Source of the DNA: a virus
Virus record (IMG/VR): IMGVR_UViG_3300019776_000919
Location: 32,001 to 96,000 of that record
Length of the DNA: 64,000 bases
Strand: one strand, 5' to 3'
How positions within the stretch are numbered: position 1 is the stretch's first letter; the number at the start of each line of letters is the position of its first letter. Both the position numbers and the translations under genes were made by a program. Positions 1 to 9,809 of this stretch are shown here, one piece after another. Under the pieces are notes generated by a model. It did not search any database, had not been told where the DNA came from, and was given only the letters and a program-made list of their open reading frames with translations.

Positions 1-24
1 GGTACTTCTAGAAATGCCTCTAGT

Positions 25-1191
25 ATGGTTCTTACGGACGGGAATCTTAAGATGCAGATTTATATGCCGACTCATGGTTTCGTAGTAAACCAACAACTTT
101 CGGTAATTGAGTCTGGTAGTTCGGTTAGTAAATTGGTTTTAAACAGAGTCCATGTAACAGACGTGGTTGATGCAGATAACTTTAAGATTAATATCGATGT
201 TTCTGTAACCCCTAGAACTTTCTTATATCCAGTAGTCACCCCTTTAGAAGAGGATGTATATATTCATTTAGGTGGTCAAGTAGATATTCATTTATCTGAA
301 ACAGTATCATCATCTTTACATCAATACACATTAGATTCTACTGGATCTGTAAATTTAACTGGACCTATATATAGCATAGTACGTAGCTCAGTATCTCCTG
401 GCACAGCGGATACTGTTCCATTTGGAACTCCTTTTACGATTACGTATCCCGGTCATACTCAAGATAACAGTGCTACATTTTCTCAGGACGGTACAGGCAC
501 TATCACAGTAGTATTAAAAAATCATCCTATGTCAGTAGGTAGAATGGTAAACATAGTGGGTTGGCCTACAGGATCTTCAAATTTACAGTTTACAGTATCT
601 AGCGTAATAGACGGCAACACATTTAAAGTAGGATCGGGACTACCTATCTATACAGTAGACTCCGGATTATCTCCGTATATAAAATATGTATATCCAGGAA
701 AAGATGTAGGGTTTTCTCAACGTCAAGTTTTAAAGGTGAGTTTTGGCCCTACTTATGCAGGGGGAACAGCTAGTTTTACTTCTAGTCAATTTGAATACTT
801 AGATTCAGTACAACCATATTTAGAATTACCTGAAAATAGAGTTGTTTGCGCTGACCCTTTAGCAAGAGGGTTTGATATATACGCATTAAACGTTGGTATT
901 ACTGTGTACGATACGACTCTCCCTACTACCGGTTACGTTCAGACTTTAGTAAATGATTTCTTAAAAACCTTAGCCCCAGGTCAAGATTTCATTTTATCGG
1001 ACTTAGTTGCGTATTTAACTTCTACGGGGGGTATTACTAATTTACAAACCCCTCTAAACGTTACATATACCTATTACACAAAAGACATGTTCCCTGGCAG
1101 AGCAGGTACTGTGACGGACGTACTTATGGCTGAATCAAGTACTTCGATTTATATTGTTAACTATGTATCTACTGCACTAATTCATCTATGA
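25..1191 (+). CDS. Baseplate wedge / baseplate J-like structural protein, probably the C-terminal part of a gene starting upstream of the window
   Basis: Beta-rich Thr/Ser/Val composition; J-like C-terminus (VQTLVNDFLKTLAPGQDFILSDLV); first gene of the + strand tail cluster. Confidence 0.55.
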   Translation: MVLTDGNLKMQIYMPTHGFVVNQQLSVIESGSSVSKLVLNRVHVTDVVDADNFKINIDVSVTPRTFLYPVVTPLEEDVYIHLGGQVDIHLSETVSSSLHQYTLDSTGSVNLTGPIYSIVRSSVSPGTADTVPFGTPFTITYPGHTQDNSATFSQDGTGTITVVLKNHPMSVGRMVNIVGWPTGSSNLQFTVSSVIDGNTFKVGSGLPIYTVDSGLSPYIKYVYPGKDVGFSQRQVLKVSFGPTYAGGTASFTSSQFEYLDSVQPYLELPENRVVCADPLARGFDIYALNVGITVYDTTLPTTGYVQTLVNDFLKTLAPGQDFILSDLVAYLTSTGGITNLQTPLNVTYTYYTKDMFPGRAGTVTDVLMAESSTSIYIVNYVSTALIHL

Positions 1192-2429
1192 CAGCACCGA
1201 TTTCTCTATTTGATGCTAAGGGGTTAGATGTAGGTTCTGATGCTCGGAATATGAGCTATCTATATGGCCTCTCCGACTTCTTTTCTTACGTATTTGAAGA
1301 TACGAGTACTGTCAACTTAATGTTAGAGGCGAACGCAGTTACTGCATCGGAAATTTATAGTAATTTTTTACAGCTCACTTCTTCCTTATCAATTTCAAGT
1401 ATTCAGACTACATTAGGCGCAAGTATAAAACTAATCCTTATCAAGGACTCGGATAAGGTGGGGAGTACTCCTAAATATAAAATCAATCTTCCTATTAGTA
1501 AAGCTAAATACTTAGCAAATAAACCATTTCTTCCTACAGATTTACTAGAATCGAACGTAGACTTCAGAATAACCCAAATAGATAGTGAATCTTGCTACAT
1601 TGAATTTGCAAAACCACTGATCAATCATACGTTTAGTAAAAGGCCTACTACTTCTGGTGAAAACGAATATGCAATTTGGGCAACCGATGTAATGATCGAT
1701 GCTCAATTAATGTATACCTATTATGGAAAAATACTAGGAGTAAACCCTGAAGTTTCCAGTGAGCAATTTTCTAATTTTATATATGGACTTTACTACCTCT
1801 ACGTAAATGGTCCTACTTTGCAAATAATGGAACAGGGGTTAAATCTTGTTTTAGGTATACCACTAGTAAGAAGTTCTTCTACTGTAGTTGATATTCGTTA
1901 TAACTCTACTACTAGTCAATATATAATCATTACTGATAATGAGCAGTACGTATTACCTACGGGAATATCTCCATTGGTAAATATAGGTGATTCACTAAGC
2001 ATAGGTGATAGTTTAGCTAAATGGATTGAATTAAAGGATTATACTTCCGATGGGGCGTGGTGGCTAAATGTAAGTATCCCTGATAATATTATTAAGAATT
2101 TATCTGGGAGTCAAACCGATAGATTTGCTAAAGCCGGTAGTAATTTTGATTACTTAATGTCAAACTACCTTTATAAAAATACGTTCCTAGTAAGAATTAA
2201 TATAGGTACTTTTAATGATAATAAGTACTTTTCATACTTATCTGATATATTGTATAATGCGAAGCCTTCCCACACTCAAGCAGTATATGTCTGGAGAATA
2301 GATTTAGGGAGTGTTAATGAAGGAGTTAGCGTATCTGAAGTATCTTTTACAACAAATCAAGTAGCAGCAGATATAGCCTCTATGCGGTCTATCAATACAT
2401 TCCAAATAAATTACACATATAATGATTGA
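1188..2429 (+). CDS. Putative baseplate wedge protein
   Basis: ATGA overlap with upstream gene; LYYLYVNGPT...GLNLVLG and C-terminal KPSHT motif typical of baseplate wedge/P2 I-like proteins. Confidence 0.5.
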   Translation: MTAPISLFDAKGLDVGSDARNMSYLYGLSDFFSYVFEDTSTVNLMLEANAVTASEIYSNFLQLTSSLSISSIQTTLGASIKLILIKDSDKVGSTPKYKINLPISKAKYLANKPFLPTDLLESNVDFRITQIDSESCYIEFAKPLINHTFSKRPTTSGENEYAIWATDVMIDAQLMYTYYGKILGVNPEVSSEQFSNFIYGLYYLYVNGPTLQIMEQGLNLVLGIPLVRSSSTVVDIRYNSTTSQYIIITDNEQYVLPTGISPLVNIGDSLSIGDSLAKWIELKDYTSDGAWWLNVSIPDNIIKNLSGSQTDRFAKAGSNFDYLMSNYLYKNTFLVRINIGTFNDNKYFSYLSDILYNAKPSHTQAVYVWRIDLGSVNEGVSVSEVSFTTNQVAADIASMRSINTFQINYTYND

Positions 2430-2922
2430 AAAAGAAACATCACAATTAGGTATGAGTCTCGGTCTTCGTGGGTTTCTTACCGTTGCTAAAATTTATGAAG
2501 ACGGAAATAGAGAAGTAATATTTGAAGATGAAAATCTTATTGTAAATGGTGGTCGTTTAATTGCAGCTAGGCAATTACAATATTCTTCAGGATCAGGAGA
2601 CCCTCTTTCATACGCAAAAATCGGAACCGGGGGAGCTACAGACGGTGCAGGTTTATATTTAAAAACTCCTACTGTAACAATGACTGATTTATATACCCCG
2701 GTAGGTATTAACATCCCTATTGTAAAAACCGCTCACAACGATTCTATACCAACAATAACATTATTAGCAAACGTAGATAATTCTGTTGCCAACGGACTAT
2801 ATATTAACGAAGCTGGGTTTTTCTCCGCATCGGGAGTAATGTTTAATATCAAAGTATTCCCCCGAGTACTTAAACAATCATCCTTTTCACTGACTCTAGA
2901 GTGGGTTTTACAAGTATCATAA
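2422..2922 (+). CDS. Baseplate / tail-collar fibre N-terminal-like protein
   Basis: NLIVNGGR, KIGTGG and INEAGFF motifs typical of tail-fibre attachment domains. Confidence 0.55.
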   Translation: MIEKETSQLGMSLGLRGFLTVAKIYEDGNREVIFEDENLIVNGGRLIAARQLQYSSGSGDPLSYAKIGTGGATDGAGLYLKTPTVTMTDLYTPVGINIPIVKTAHNDSIPTITLLANVDNSVANGLYINEAGFFSASGVMFNIKVFPRVLKQSSFSLTLEWVLQVS

Positions 2923-2923
2923 T

Positions 2924-3286
2924 ATGTCTACCTATACAATTACAATTACTACTACTTTAGAACCAGACCACTACGTTGTTACTGCAACAGCAGTAGGAAC
3001 TGATACTTTACCGTCCGATATTTTTGTTTATGAAAACTTAGGTACCTCTACATTAGGATCCTACTACGGGGTCTGCTCTTATTTAGATTACGGAAGATTT
3101 CAACATTTTAACGGTACACCTATTCCAACGTTTGGAAATAGATTTGTAAAAACTTCAACGGCAACAATCTTAGTTCCACTGGATAAGAGTCCCGAGTCAG
3201 TAAAAGCTAAGATTGTTAGCGATATTACAAAATTTAAAAACGCATTCTTAATTAGTCACACTTCTACACAGGTATACACAGTATGA
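2924..3286 (+). CDS. Hypothetical virion protein
   Basis: Tightly packed ORF in the structural operon. Confidence 0.45.
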   Translation: MSTYTITITTTLEPDHYVVTATAVGTDTLPSDIFVYENLGTSTLGSYYGVCSYLDYGRFQHFNGTPIPTFGNRFVKTSTATILVPLDKSPESVKAKIVSDITKFKNAFLISHTSTQVYTV

Positions 3287-4122
3287 GTCTTAAGTTCACA
3301 AACAACGCCCGTACCTTGCTTACGGCTAATATTTCAGCAGTGGATACTACTATTCCAGTATCTTCTACGTCAGCTTTCCCTACTATCAGTTCAGGGGCCG
3401 ACGCTTTTTATGTAACTATTTCAGATGGAACAAATACGGAAGTAGTCTATGTCACGGGTAAAACAGGTACTTCTTTTACGGGTTGTGCTAGAGGTGTAGA
3501 CGGTACCACCGCTAGAGCTTTTACATCCACTACTCCAGTTGAACAAAGACTGAATGCAGGGGCTCTGAATTCATTCCTTCAATTAGGCGGCGGTATTATG
3601 GCCGGGAGTTTACAAGCTGCTTGGGATGCAAGCTTACCCTATGAAGTAGTTACTAAGCGACAGTTAGATACTGTAACAACAACTGCAAATAGTGCGGCGG
3701 CAACTGCTTCTAATGCATTGCCTCTATCCGGCGGTACCATGACAGGGTATATTACGTTGCACTCTGGAGCTACGGCATCTTTTCATCCCATAGCTAAAGC
3801 GCAATTAGATACAATACTTACTAGTTATCTAACCGTGGGTAATTTTGCAAGTTCGTTGGCTGCAAATGGGTATCAATATTTACCAAGCGGTTTGCTAATT
3901 CAATGGGGGTACCAGGCAACTCCAAATGGAAACTACTCATTCCCAATTGCATTTCCCAACGTATGTTATGTTATAGTAGCTGGTAATGCTGACTCTCAAG
4001 GTTCTAACGTAGATAACTCTTTTGCATACCCTGTTAGTTTGAGTCAATTTCATATGGCTTCTAAATCAAGTCCAGGTTCAATTTCTGCTTATCCTACGTA
4101 TTGGATAGCAATAGGAAGATAA
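3283..4122 (+). CDS. Tail fibre protein with gp53-like C-terminal domain
   Basis: N-terminal FTNNARTLL...RGVDGTTARAF; LSGGTMTG repeat; C-terminal NGYQYLPSGLLIQWG...FPIAFPN...WIAIGR. Confidence 0.8.
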   Translation: MSLKFTNNARTLLTANISAVDTTIPVSSTSAFPTISSGADAFYVTISDGTNTEVVYVTGKTGTSFTGCARGVDGTTARAFTSTTPVEQRLNAGALNSFLQLGGGIMAGSLQAAWDASLPYEVVTKRQLDTVTTTANSAAATASNALPLSGGTMTGYITLHSGATASFHPIAKAQLDTILTSYLTVGNFASSLAANGYQYLPSGLLIQWGYQATPNGNYSFPIAFPNVCYVIVAGNADSQGSNVDNSFAYPVSLSQFHMASKSSPGSISAYPTYWIAIGR

Positions 4123-4125
4123 TTT

Positions 4126-4563
4126 ATGACGATATTTTTTAGTAAAACTCAAAACGGATTTTTCAATTCGGATATTCACCAGTCTATGCCAACTGATGTA
4201 ATAGAGATTTCAGATGAATTACATCAATCCCTACTTCAAGGGCAAAGTGAAGGTAGACAAATTTCAGCAGACGAGTCTGGTAATCCAATACTGGTAGACA
4301 GGTCGGGGCCGTTAGTCACAAAAGAAAATATGTGTTCCTTTATTCAAGCGGCGTTAGATGAAAAAGCCAAAGAATATGGATATGACAATATAATGTCAGC
4401 TATCTCCTATGCGGATGAGCCTGGGATTAATAAGTTTCAAACTGAAGGTAAAGCTTTCAGGCTTTGGCGTTCATTAGTATGGGATTATGTTTTTAACTCC
4501 CCAGAAAGCATAGCTCCGGCTGATGTTTTGGCAAATTTGCCAGAATTCTCCTTGGAAAATTAA
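4126..4563 (+). CDS. Tail fibre assembly chaperone
   Basis: FFSKTQNGFF...PTDVIEIS...GQSEGRQISADESGNP motif directly after the tail fibre gene. Confidence 0.75.
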   Translation: MTIFFSKTQNGFFNSDIHQSMPTDVIEISDELHQSLLQGQSEGRQISADESGNPILVDRSGPLVTKENMCSFIQAALDEKAKEYGYDNIMSAISYADEPGINKFQTEGKAFRLWRSLVWDYVFNSPESIAPADVLANLPEFSLEN

Positions 4564-4581
4564 CGAATTAAATCCTCATAC

Positions 4582-4598
4582 AGCTTTAAAATAATAGC
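4582..4598 (+). promoter_or_regulatory. Candidate late promoter (AGCTT(T)AAAATAATAGC)
   Basis: Same motif recurs at 53403-53418; both copies precede + strand lysis/virion genes. Confidence 0.45.
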
Positions 4599-4611
4599 TT
4601 AAGAGGAAGTA

Positions 4612-5004
4612 ATGGCAGAACCAAGTTTAGCAACAGTAAGTGCAGGGGCAGGGCTGGTAGTAGTAGCTACCGTAGCCCTAGGCCCTATTCTAGGCGAATA
4701 TTCTATTATTATAGGATTCGGCCTGTTAGGTACATTAATTGCACTATCTGAATCTGTACAAACATCAATTTGGAAATCACTTCTTTTCGTGATAAGAGGG
4801 GTGATTTTCAGTTTTGTTTTTTCAGGACTTATAACTTCTTTAGTAGTAAAATACTTATTACCTCAAGACCTCGGTAACACTCCTTATATTGCAATGGGGG
4901 CAGTAGCTTTTGTAATAGGTTGGTCAAGTGACAGATTTCAAGTTATAAAAAATGCTCTTTTGAAAAGAGTATCCAAGATAGTAGATAAGAATGATACCCC
5001 ATGA
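4612..5004 (+). CDS. Putative holin
   Basis: 130 aa, 3-4 hydrophobic segments, basic C-terminus, GAGGA RBS, follows the tail genes. Confidence 0.55.
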   Translation: MAEPSLATVSAGAGLVVVATVALGPILGEYSIIIGFGLLGTLIALSESVQTSIWKSLLFVIRGVIFSFVFSGLITSLVVKYLLPQDLGNTPYIAMGAVAFVIGWSSDRFQVIKNALLKRVSKIVDKNDTP

Positions 5005-5504
5005 ACGCACTTGTTACTTTCGGATTTTTAACAGTAATAGTAGGTGGTTATCTGTTACACAAGGTGGATAAAACATACTCTTGGTTTACCCGAATGAGCA
5101 TAGTTGCCTTAACTATGTCTGGTGTTCTTATGATTTGGTTCGTAGCGTCAGTAAAAACTCCACCCGTAAGTGAAGCTAAGGTTGAAATTTTAGGATATAA
5201 CTCTCAAGGTTTAGTGGCATCATTCAGTGCGGTCAGTACTAGGAACTGTTCAATAGAAGGTATTGATGCCTTCACTATAAACCAAGGTGACCTTTCTTTG
5301 CTTCAATCTAAGTTTATCTATCTGGGAAAAAGCAACGGGGTTGAAAAAGGTTTCATTACAGTTTCCAATCCAGAGCATATCAGTTCGGATAAAATTACGT
5401 TTAAAACAAGGCATTTTTGCCCCTTTGGATTTCAAGTAGTTACTAAACTAGAAGAATTTAACATCCCTAAGATACTGGATAAATCCAAGGTGCAATTACC
5501 GTGA
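5001..5504 (+). CDS. Membrane-anchored protein, possibly lysis-associated
   Basis: Two N-terminal TM segments then a soluble domain; ATGA-coupled to the holin. Confidence 0.45.
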   Translation: MNALVTFGFLTVIVGGYLLHKVDKTYSWFTRMSIVALTMSGVLMIWFVASVKTPPVSEAKVEILGYNSQGLVASFSAVSTRNCSIEGIDAFTINQGDLSLLQSKFIYLGKSNGVEKGFITVSNPEHISSDKITFKTRHFCPFGFQVVTKLEEFNIPKILDKSKVQLP

Positions 5505-6130
5505 TGCAATATAAAAACTTTGAACTAACTCCTGGTATCTCTCAAGATTTAATATTTGAAATATTAGATGATACTTATTTAAAAGTCGATCTTACAGGAT
5601 ACACTGCAAAGTTAGAAGTTCTTAATGAAAATTCTTCACTCAGATTAACTTCAACTACCTCTTCTGTTATCGGACTGGGAAATCTAAAAGTCCCTGTAGT
5701 AGATGTTGACACATTAAAAATTGGTAGCGGTCAATATCAGTATCGCCTCGTATTAACAGACTCGTCTAGTAAAACCAGAGTTCAGTATAAAGGATTCTTA
5801 ACTCTTTCAGAGCCAGTATTCAATAGCGGGTCCATTGCCCCAGTTCAAAACGTTGTTTTGGCGGACGGGTCTTTATTCCTAAATGCCCCAGATTCATTAT
5901 CATTAGGAGTATGGTACTCAACAGTCAACCCGTATAGATTAATGGTTTCAGGTACTGGGGTTTTATCTATGGATTTAAGAGATCCTGCCGGAGCTATTAC
6001 TATGGATACTCAGAGATTTGTAGGAGATCCTACCAGTGAAGTTCAGTGGGTATTCTATTATGGTCCAAATCCCGGGTTTAGAATAAATCAAAACTCTGGT
6101 ACTAATACAATTAGGTTTGCACCCCAATGA
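5501..6130 (+). CDS. Virion structural protein (BppU-like N-terminal domain)
   Basis: VDLTGYTAKLEV...YQYRLVLTD...KG pattern. Confidence 0.45.
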   Translation: MMQYKNFELTPGISQDLIFEILDDTYLKVDLTGYTAKLEVLNENSSLRLTSTTSSVIGLGNLKVPVVDVDTLKIGSGQYQYRLVLTDSSSKTRVQYKGFLTLSEPVFNSGSIAPVQNVVLADGSLFLNAPDSLSLGVWYSTVNPYRLMVSGTGVLSMDLRDPAGAITMDTQRFVGDPTSEVQWVFYYGPNPGFRINQNSGTNTIRFAPQ

Positions 6131-6399
6131 AACTAAAAAAAGTACAAGAAGGGTTACCTCCTGAAGATTGCCCGAAAGTAGTCCTTATTTCATGGGAGGA
6201 CGCCAAAGTAATTTCAGATGGTGGAGTCTGGATGACAAATAGAGAATTTGACTACGAACCCCATACGGTATGGCAGGTTGGGTTTTTATTAAAAGACGAC
6301 CCTGCCGGAATCATAATTGTAGAGGCGTGGCATAAAGATCTAATAGGGAATCCAACTCAAATACCCAGAGGTATGATTAAATCATTACAATACCTGTAA
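6127..6399 (+). CDS. Hypothetical phage protein
   Basis: VLISWEDA...VGFL...IPRGMI motif of a small phage family; coupled start. Confidence 0.55.
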   Translation: MKLKKVQEGLPPEDCPKVVLISWEDAKVISDGGVWMTNREFDYEPHTVWQVGFLLKDDPAGIIIVEAWHKDLIGNPTQIPRGMIKSLQYL

Positions 6400-6417
6400 A
6401 GTATAAATCTCACACTG

Positions 6418-6442
6418 AAAAGCACCGTTCTGGTGCTTTTTT
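6418..6442 (+). terminator. Rho-independent terminator of the structural operon
   Basis: AAAAGCACC-GTTCT-GGTGCTTTT stem-loop followed by a T run. Confidence 0.75.
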
Positions 6443-6448
6443 CATTTC

Positions 6449-7007
6449 AAAGCCAGTTTTTATTTCCACTTGCCAGTTTTGTCCGAAATTTATGGCAGAA
6501 ATTGTTCCAGTAAAATCAGGCAAAAGCCAGTTTTTAAAAAAGCTAAAAATAAAAAGTGGCTTCAGAAGTTCCAGTATCTATTAAGGAAAGAGGGTCAAAA
6601 GCCAGTTTTCCACCTTTTTTTGAAAAAAATATACATACTCTGTGTGAGAGATGAATTGGAAAAAAGTAGAAGCCATAAAAACGTCTCTTATATATATTAT
6701 ATATATAGATCTCAGGAGAAGAATATATTATATATATAAGAAGATGTATGTTTTACTGGCACTTTAATATTACAATACTTAATTCTATTTTTCTAGAAAT
6801 TTTTTCTCTCTCATAGAGTATGTATATTTTTTTCAAAAAAAGGTGGAAAACTGGCTTTTGACCCTCTTTCCCTTATAGATACTGGAACTCTTGAAGCCAG
6901 TTTTTAAAAAAGCTAAAAATAAAAAGTGGCTTTTGCCTGATTTTACTAGAACAATTTCTGCCACAAATTTCGGACAAAACTGGCAAGTGGAAATAGAAAC
7001 TGGCTTT
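6449..7007. repeat. Large inverted repeat (~200-bp arms) with GCCAGTTTT iterons and AT-rich core; candidate replication origin
   Basis: 6449-~6651 is the near-perfect reverse complement of ~6805-7007; TA-rich inner palindrome at 6686-6741; lies between convergent transcription units. Confidence 0.85.
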
Positions 7008-7164
7008 ACAAGTAAAACGTAGATGTTTACTTTACAACCTACTTAAATTTATAGACGGTAAGAAACCCACTCTTTTCTTTAGTACCTCACCCCTTCTATT
7101 TCAAACGAAAACGGGCCTAGCTTCGTTTTAAATTTAAAGGTAGTACTACGCCCTACCCTAAGCT

Positions 7165-7189
7165 AAAAAAAGGGCTTAAAAGCCCTTTT
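7165..7189 (-). terminator. Rho-independent terminator
   Basis: AAAAGGGCTT-AA-AAGCCCTTTT stem-loop; A-tract gives the U tail on the - strand. Confidence 0.7.
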
Positions 7190-7212
7190 ATCAAATTTGC
7201 TCGGAACTAGCT

Positions 7213-8211
7213 TCAGCCAATTAACTTACGCAAGAACCTGCGGATAGGTCCGGGACTTTTTTCCTTTTCTGAAACTACAGATGTCACCTGTTGAGCAGCA
7301 GGTTTTTCTTCAAGCGGAGTTTCCACTTTAGGTTCTGCTTTACTTTCCACTTCAGGCTCTTGTCTCAGACCTTTATTGTCGTGTATGTTTCGAGGAGTAG
7401 ATTTTGATTGCATTTCCTCATCGCAATCGTCAATTTCTTTGACTATCTTTTGAAGTTCAGCAATCAATCGAGCGGCCAAGGCCTCTTTCTCTTTAGCACT
7501 CATACCGGCAATAGTTGAGATATTAGGAATGATTTGGTTGGAAACCGTTTCATTCTCTAGCGTCAGCCCCAACCCTAGTTTTTGAAGCGACCCTGCTTTA
7601 TTCAGGATTTCTTTAGCTTTATTGTCAAATTCTTTATTTCCACTATGCATTCCGATAGCAGCTTTAATGGCTTCATCGAGGTTGTCTATTTTGTTTAGAA
7701 TGTCCGTTTCAAGATCGTTGTATTCCGGAAGGACGAGTTTGTATTCAGGAACATACCCTTCGATAGATAACCCTTCATACCGAATTTGAATAGGCAGCTT
7801 CATGGCTCTACGCATGTATTCCAGATTCAAAATGGAATTTAACCTAGAGAATCGAGGACCTAATACTGACAGTGAAGATGTCAATTCGATACCAGACCCA
7901 AAACTGAGGATATCCGTAAATAGGATAAACGTATCTGAAGACAAACTTTTAGGTGCAAAAGTGACAACCTTAGGTTTATCTTTTTGAAAACCCGCATCTG
8001 TATCAAGAGAATCCCGAAGGTTTCTCATTTCTACCATGAGACTGTTAAAAGCATCGATAGCTGCGAGGATGTCTGTAGTAGACATATCTCGAATAACAAA
8101 TCCAACGTTGATATTGCCTTTGGATTTAATGTCACCAACAATGTTTTTAACAAAAGCAGGGACTTCTTTATCCGAAAGAATAGAATCGAGATTTAAATGA
8201 AACTGGTCCAT
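7213..8211 (-). CDS. Hypothetical protein
   Basis: 332-aa ORF coupled to the tmk stop. Confidence 0.65.
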   Translation of the reverse strand: MDQFHLNLDSILSDKEVPAFVKNIVGDIKSKGNINVGFVIRDMSTTDILAAIDAFNSLMVEMRNLRDSLDTDAGFQKDKPKVVTFAPKSLSSDTFILFTDILSFGSGIELTSSLSVLGPRFSRLNSILNLEYMRRAMKLPIQIRYEGLSIEGYVPEYKLVLPEYNDLETDILNKIDNLDEAIKAAIGMHSGNKEFDNKAKEILNKAGSLQKLGLGLTLENETVSNQIIPNISTIAGMSAKEKEALAARLIAELQKIVKEIDDCDEEMQSKSTPRNIHDNKGLRQEPEVESKAEPKVETPLEEKPAAQQVTSVVSEKEKSPGPIRRFLRKLIG

Positions 8212-8879
8212 TACATTACCTTTTTAAGAAAATCTAAAGTATTTGAAAAAACTTGGGTTCGAGTTTGATTTGCATCAACTACAAAATATGCAGATCTATT
8301 GCTTAAAATTCGTTGCTCATACCTTTCGGCAATATCTGACATGAAGTCCATTGCGTCATCGTCTAGTGCCTCAGAGACTTTATCCCTGAGTTGCAATCTA
8401 GATTCTGCTATACCAACTGCAACGTCTAAATATATTGTCACATCAGGGACAATAATATCCTTATGCTGGCTTTGTACTGCGTTAATGAAATCAGAAGATA
8501 CTCCCATTGCCCCTTGGTATGCCCAAGAAGAATCTGCGTGCCTGTCGGTAAGAACAACAGCGTTATCTTTCCTTGCAAGAACTTTTTGTATCATTAGTAA
8601 GTTTTCAACTCTGGCACCTTCCAGTAAAAGAAATGCTACTCGGGGATCTACTGAAGCTTTTTTCAAAATGCTTCTAACTCCGGTACCTACTTGAGTAGAC
8701 CCTGGCTCAAATAGTGTATATACAAAGTCGCTATTACTACGAAATTGAGTAGCTAATGCAGAAACTAAATCTGATTTACCGCTACCATCAATACCTTCAA
8801 AAGCAATGAACCGAACTTTTTTACCTGCAAAAGATTCGGGTGTGGGGTTAGTTTGTAAAAGTTTACTCATTTGTTTCAA
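8211..8879 (-). CDS. tmk: Thymidylate kinase
   Basis: FIAFEGIDGSGKS P-loop, EPG, TDRH-x-DSSWAYQG, PDVTIYLDV. Confidence 0.92.
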   Translation of the reverse strand: MKQMSKLLQTNPTPESFAGKKVRFIAFEGIDGSGKSDLVSALATQFRSNSDFVYTLFEPGSTQVGTGVRSILKKASVDPRVAFLLLEGARVENLLMIQKVLARKDNAVVLTDRHADSSWAYQGAMGVSSDFINAVQSQHKDIIVPDVTIYLDVAVGIAESRLQLRDKVSEALDDDAMDFMSDIAERYEQRILSNRSAYFVVDANQTRTQVFSNTLDFLKKVM

Positions 8880-8896
8880 TATTGTTGTGCTTTAAA

Positions 8897-9727
8897 TTAC
8901 AGCATACTAACTAACCACTCTATATCGGCTCGGCCACCTGATGCGTTTCGGTGACCCCCGCCATTAAAATTTTTTGCTACATTGGATACGTCAAAGTTAG
9001 ATTTAGTAGCCTCGCTTCTGAAACTTAATCTAACTACGCCAGACCCGTCAATGTACCAAAGAATTGCGTAATCAATGTCCAATTGCTTGCATAACTCATT
9101 ACCCATTTCTGAAGTTAAATGAGTAGTATTTAATAGGGCAATCTTACTACCACCGTAAGTCATTAGTTTTACATTACCAGATGGTATGACTCGGCCTACC
9201 TCTTTATCTTTATATTGAGAAATTGCTTCCCCACTATTTTTCAGAAAAGAAGATCCTTCCTTGCTTGAAATGGCATCCCATGCCCCCATATCTTCTGGAA
9301 TAACAGAAAGACCTGACAGTACTGCTTTTGTATCAGGTAACTCCCATCGCCAAAGATCACGGTCTTGGATAAATTCTAATAGGGTAGGGGTTGGTACGCC
9401 AGGATGAAAATATTCCCAAGCTAGTACAGCCCCGCTTTTTTCCATGTCGAATGTAGCGTAGGGCTCGTCACTTAAGATTTCTTTTGCAGACTTATGGTGA
9501 TCTAATACTTTCAGTACTTTAGACCTAGAGTACAAATCCCGTAAGAATTCTTTACTATATGAAAAATCTGCAATGTAGACTTCAGATCCTGATTCTATTT
9601 CCGGAGTAGGATCTTTATAATCCGCTGGAATATAAATAGCTTTATCACCGAATTTTTTCCAAGCAGCATACTTAGCCCCTAAACCATCCGTACAAGGATA
9701 GTGGTGAATTACATAAATTTTAGTCAT
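8897..9727 (-). CDS. DHH/DHHA1 family phosphoesterase
   Basis: H-x-x-C-T-DG, ADF, LDHH, QDRDLW and GGGHRNASG motifs. Confidence 0.9.
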   Translation of the reverse strand: MTKIYVIHHYPCTDGLGAKYAAWKKFGDKAIYIPADYKDPTPEIESGSEVYIADFSYSKEFLRDLYSRSKVLKVLDHHKSAKEILSDEPYATFDMEKSGAVLAWEYFHPGVPTPTLLEFIQDRDLWRWELPDTKAVLSGLSVIPEDMGAWDAISSKEGSSFLKNSGEAISQYKDKEVGRVIPSGNVKLMTYGGSKIALLNTTHLTSEMGNELCKQLDIDYAILWYIDGSGVVRLSFRSEATKSNFDVSNVAKNFNGGGHRNASGGRADIEWLVSML

Positions 9728-9809
9728 TAGTGATTTGAACTTGGATTTGAATTGTAAATTGATAACCTAAAGAAAAAGGGTTTCTTTTTCCTTCGTTGAC
9801 TGAATTGGA

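Noticed and set aside
6470-6739. 89-aa ORF in the inverted repeat
   Set aside because: TTG start, low-complexity translation of repeat DNA, lies downstream of the operon terminator.
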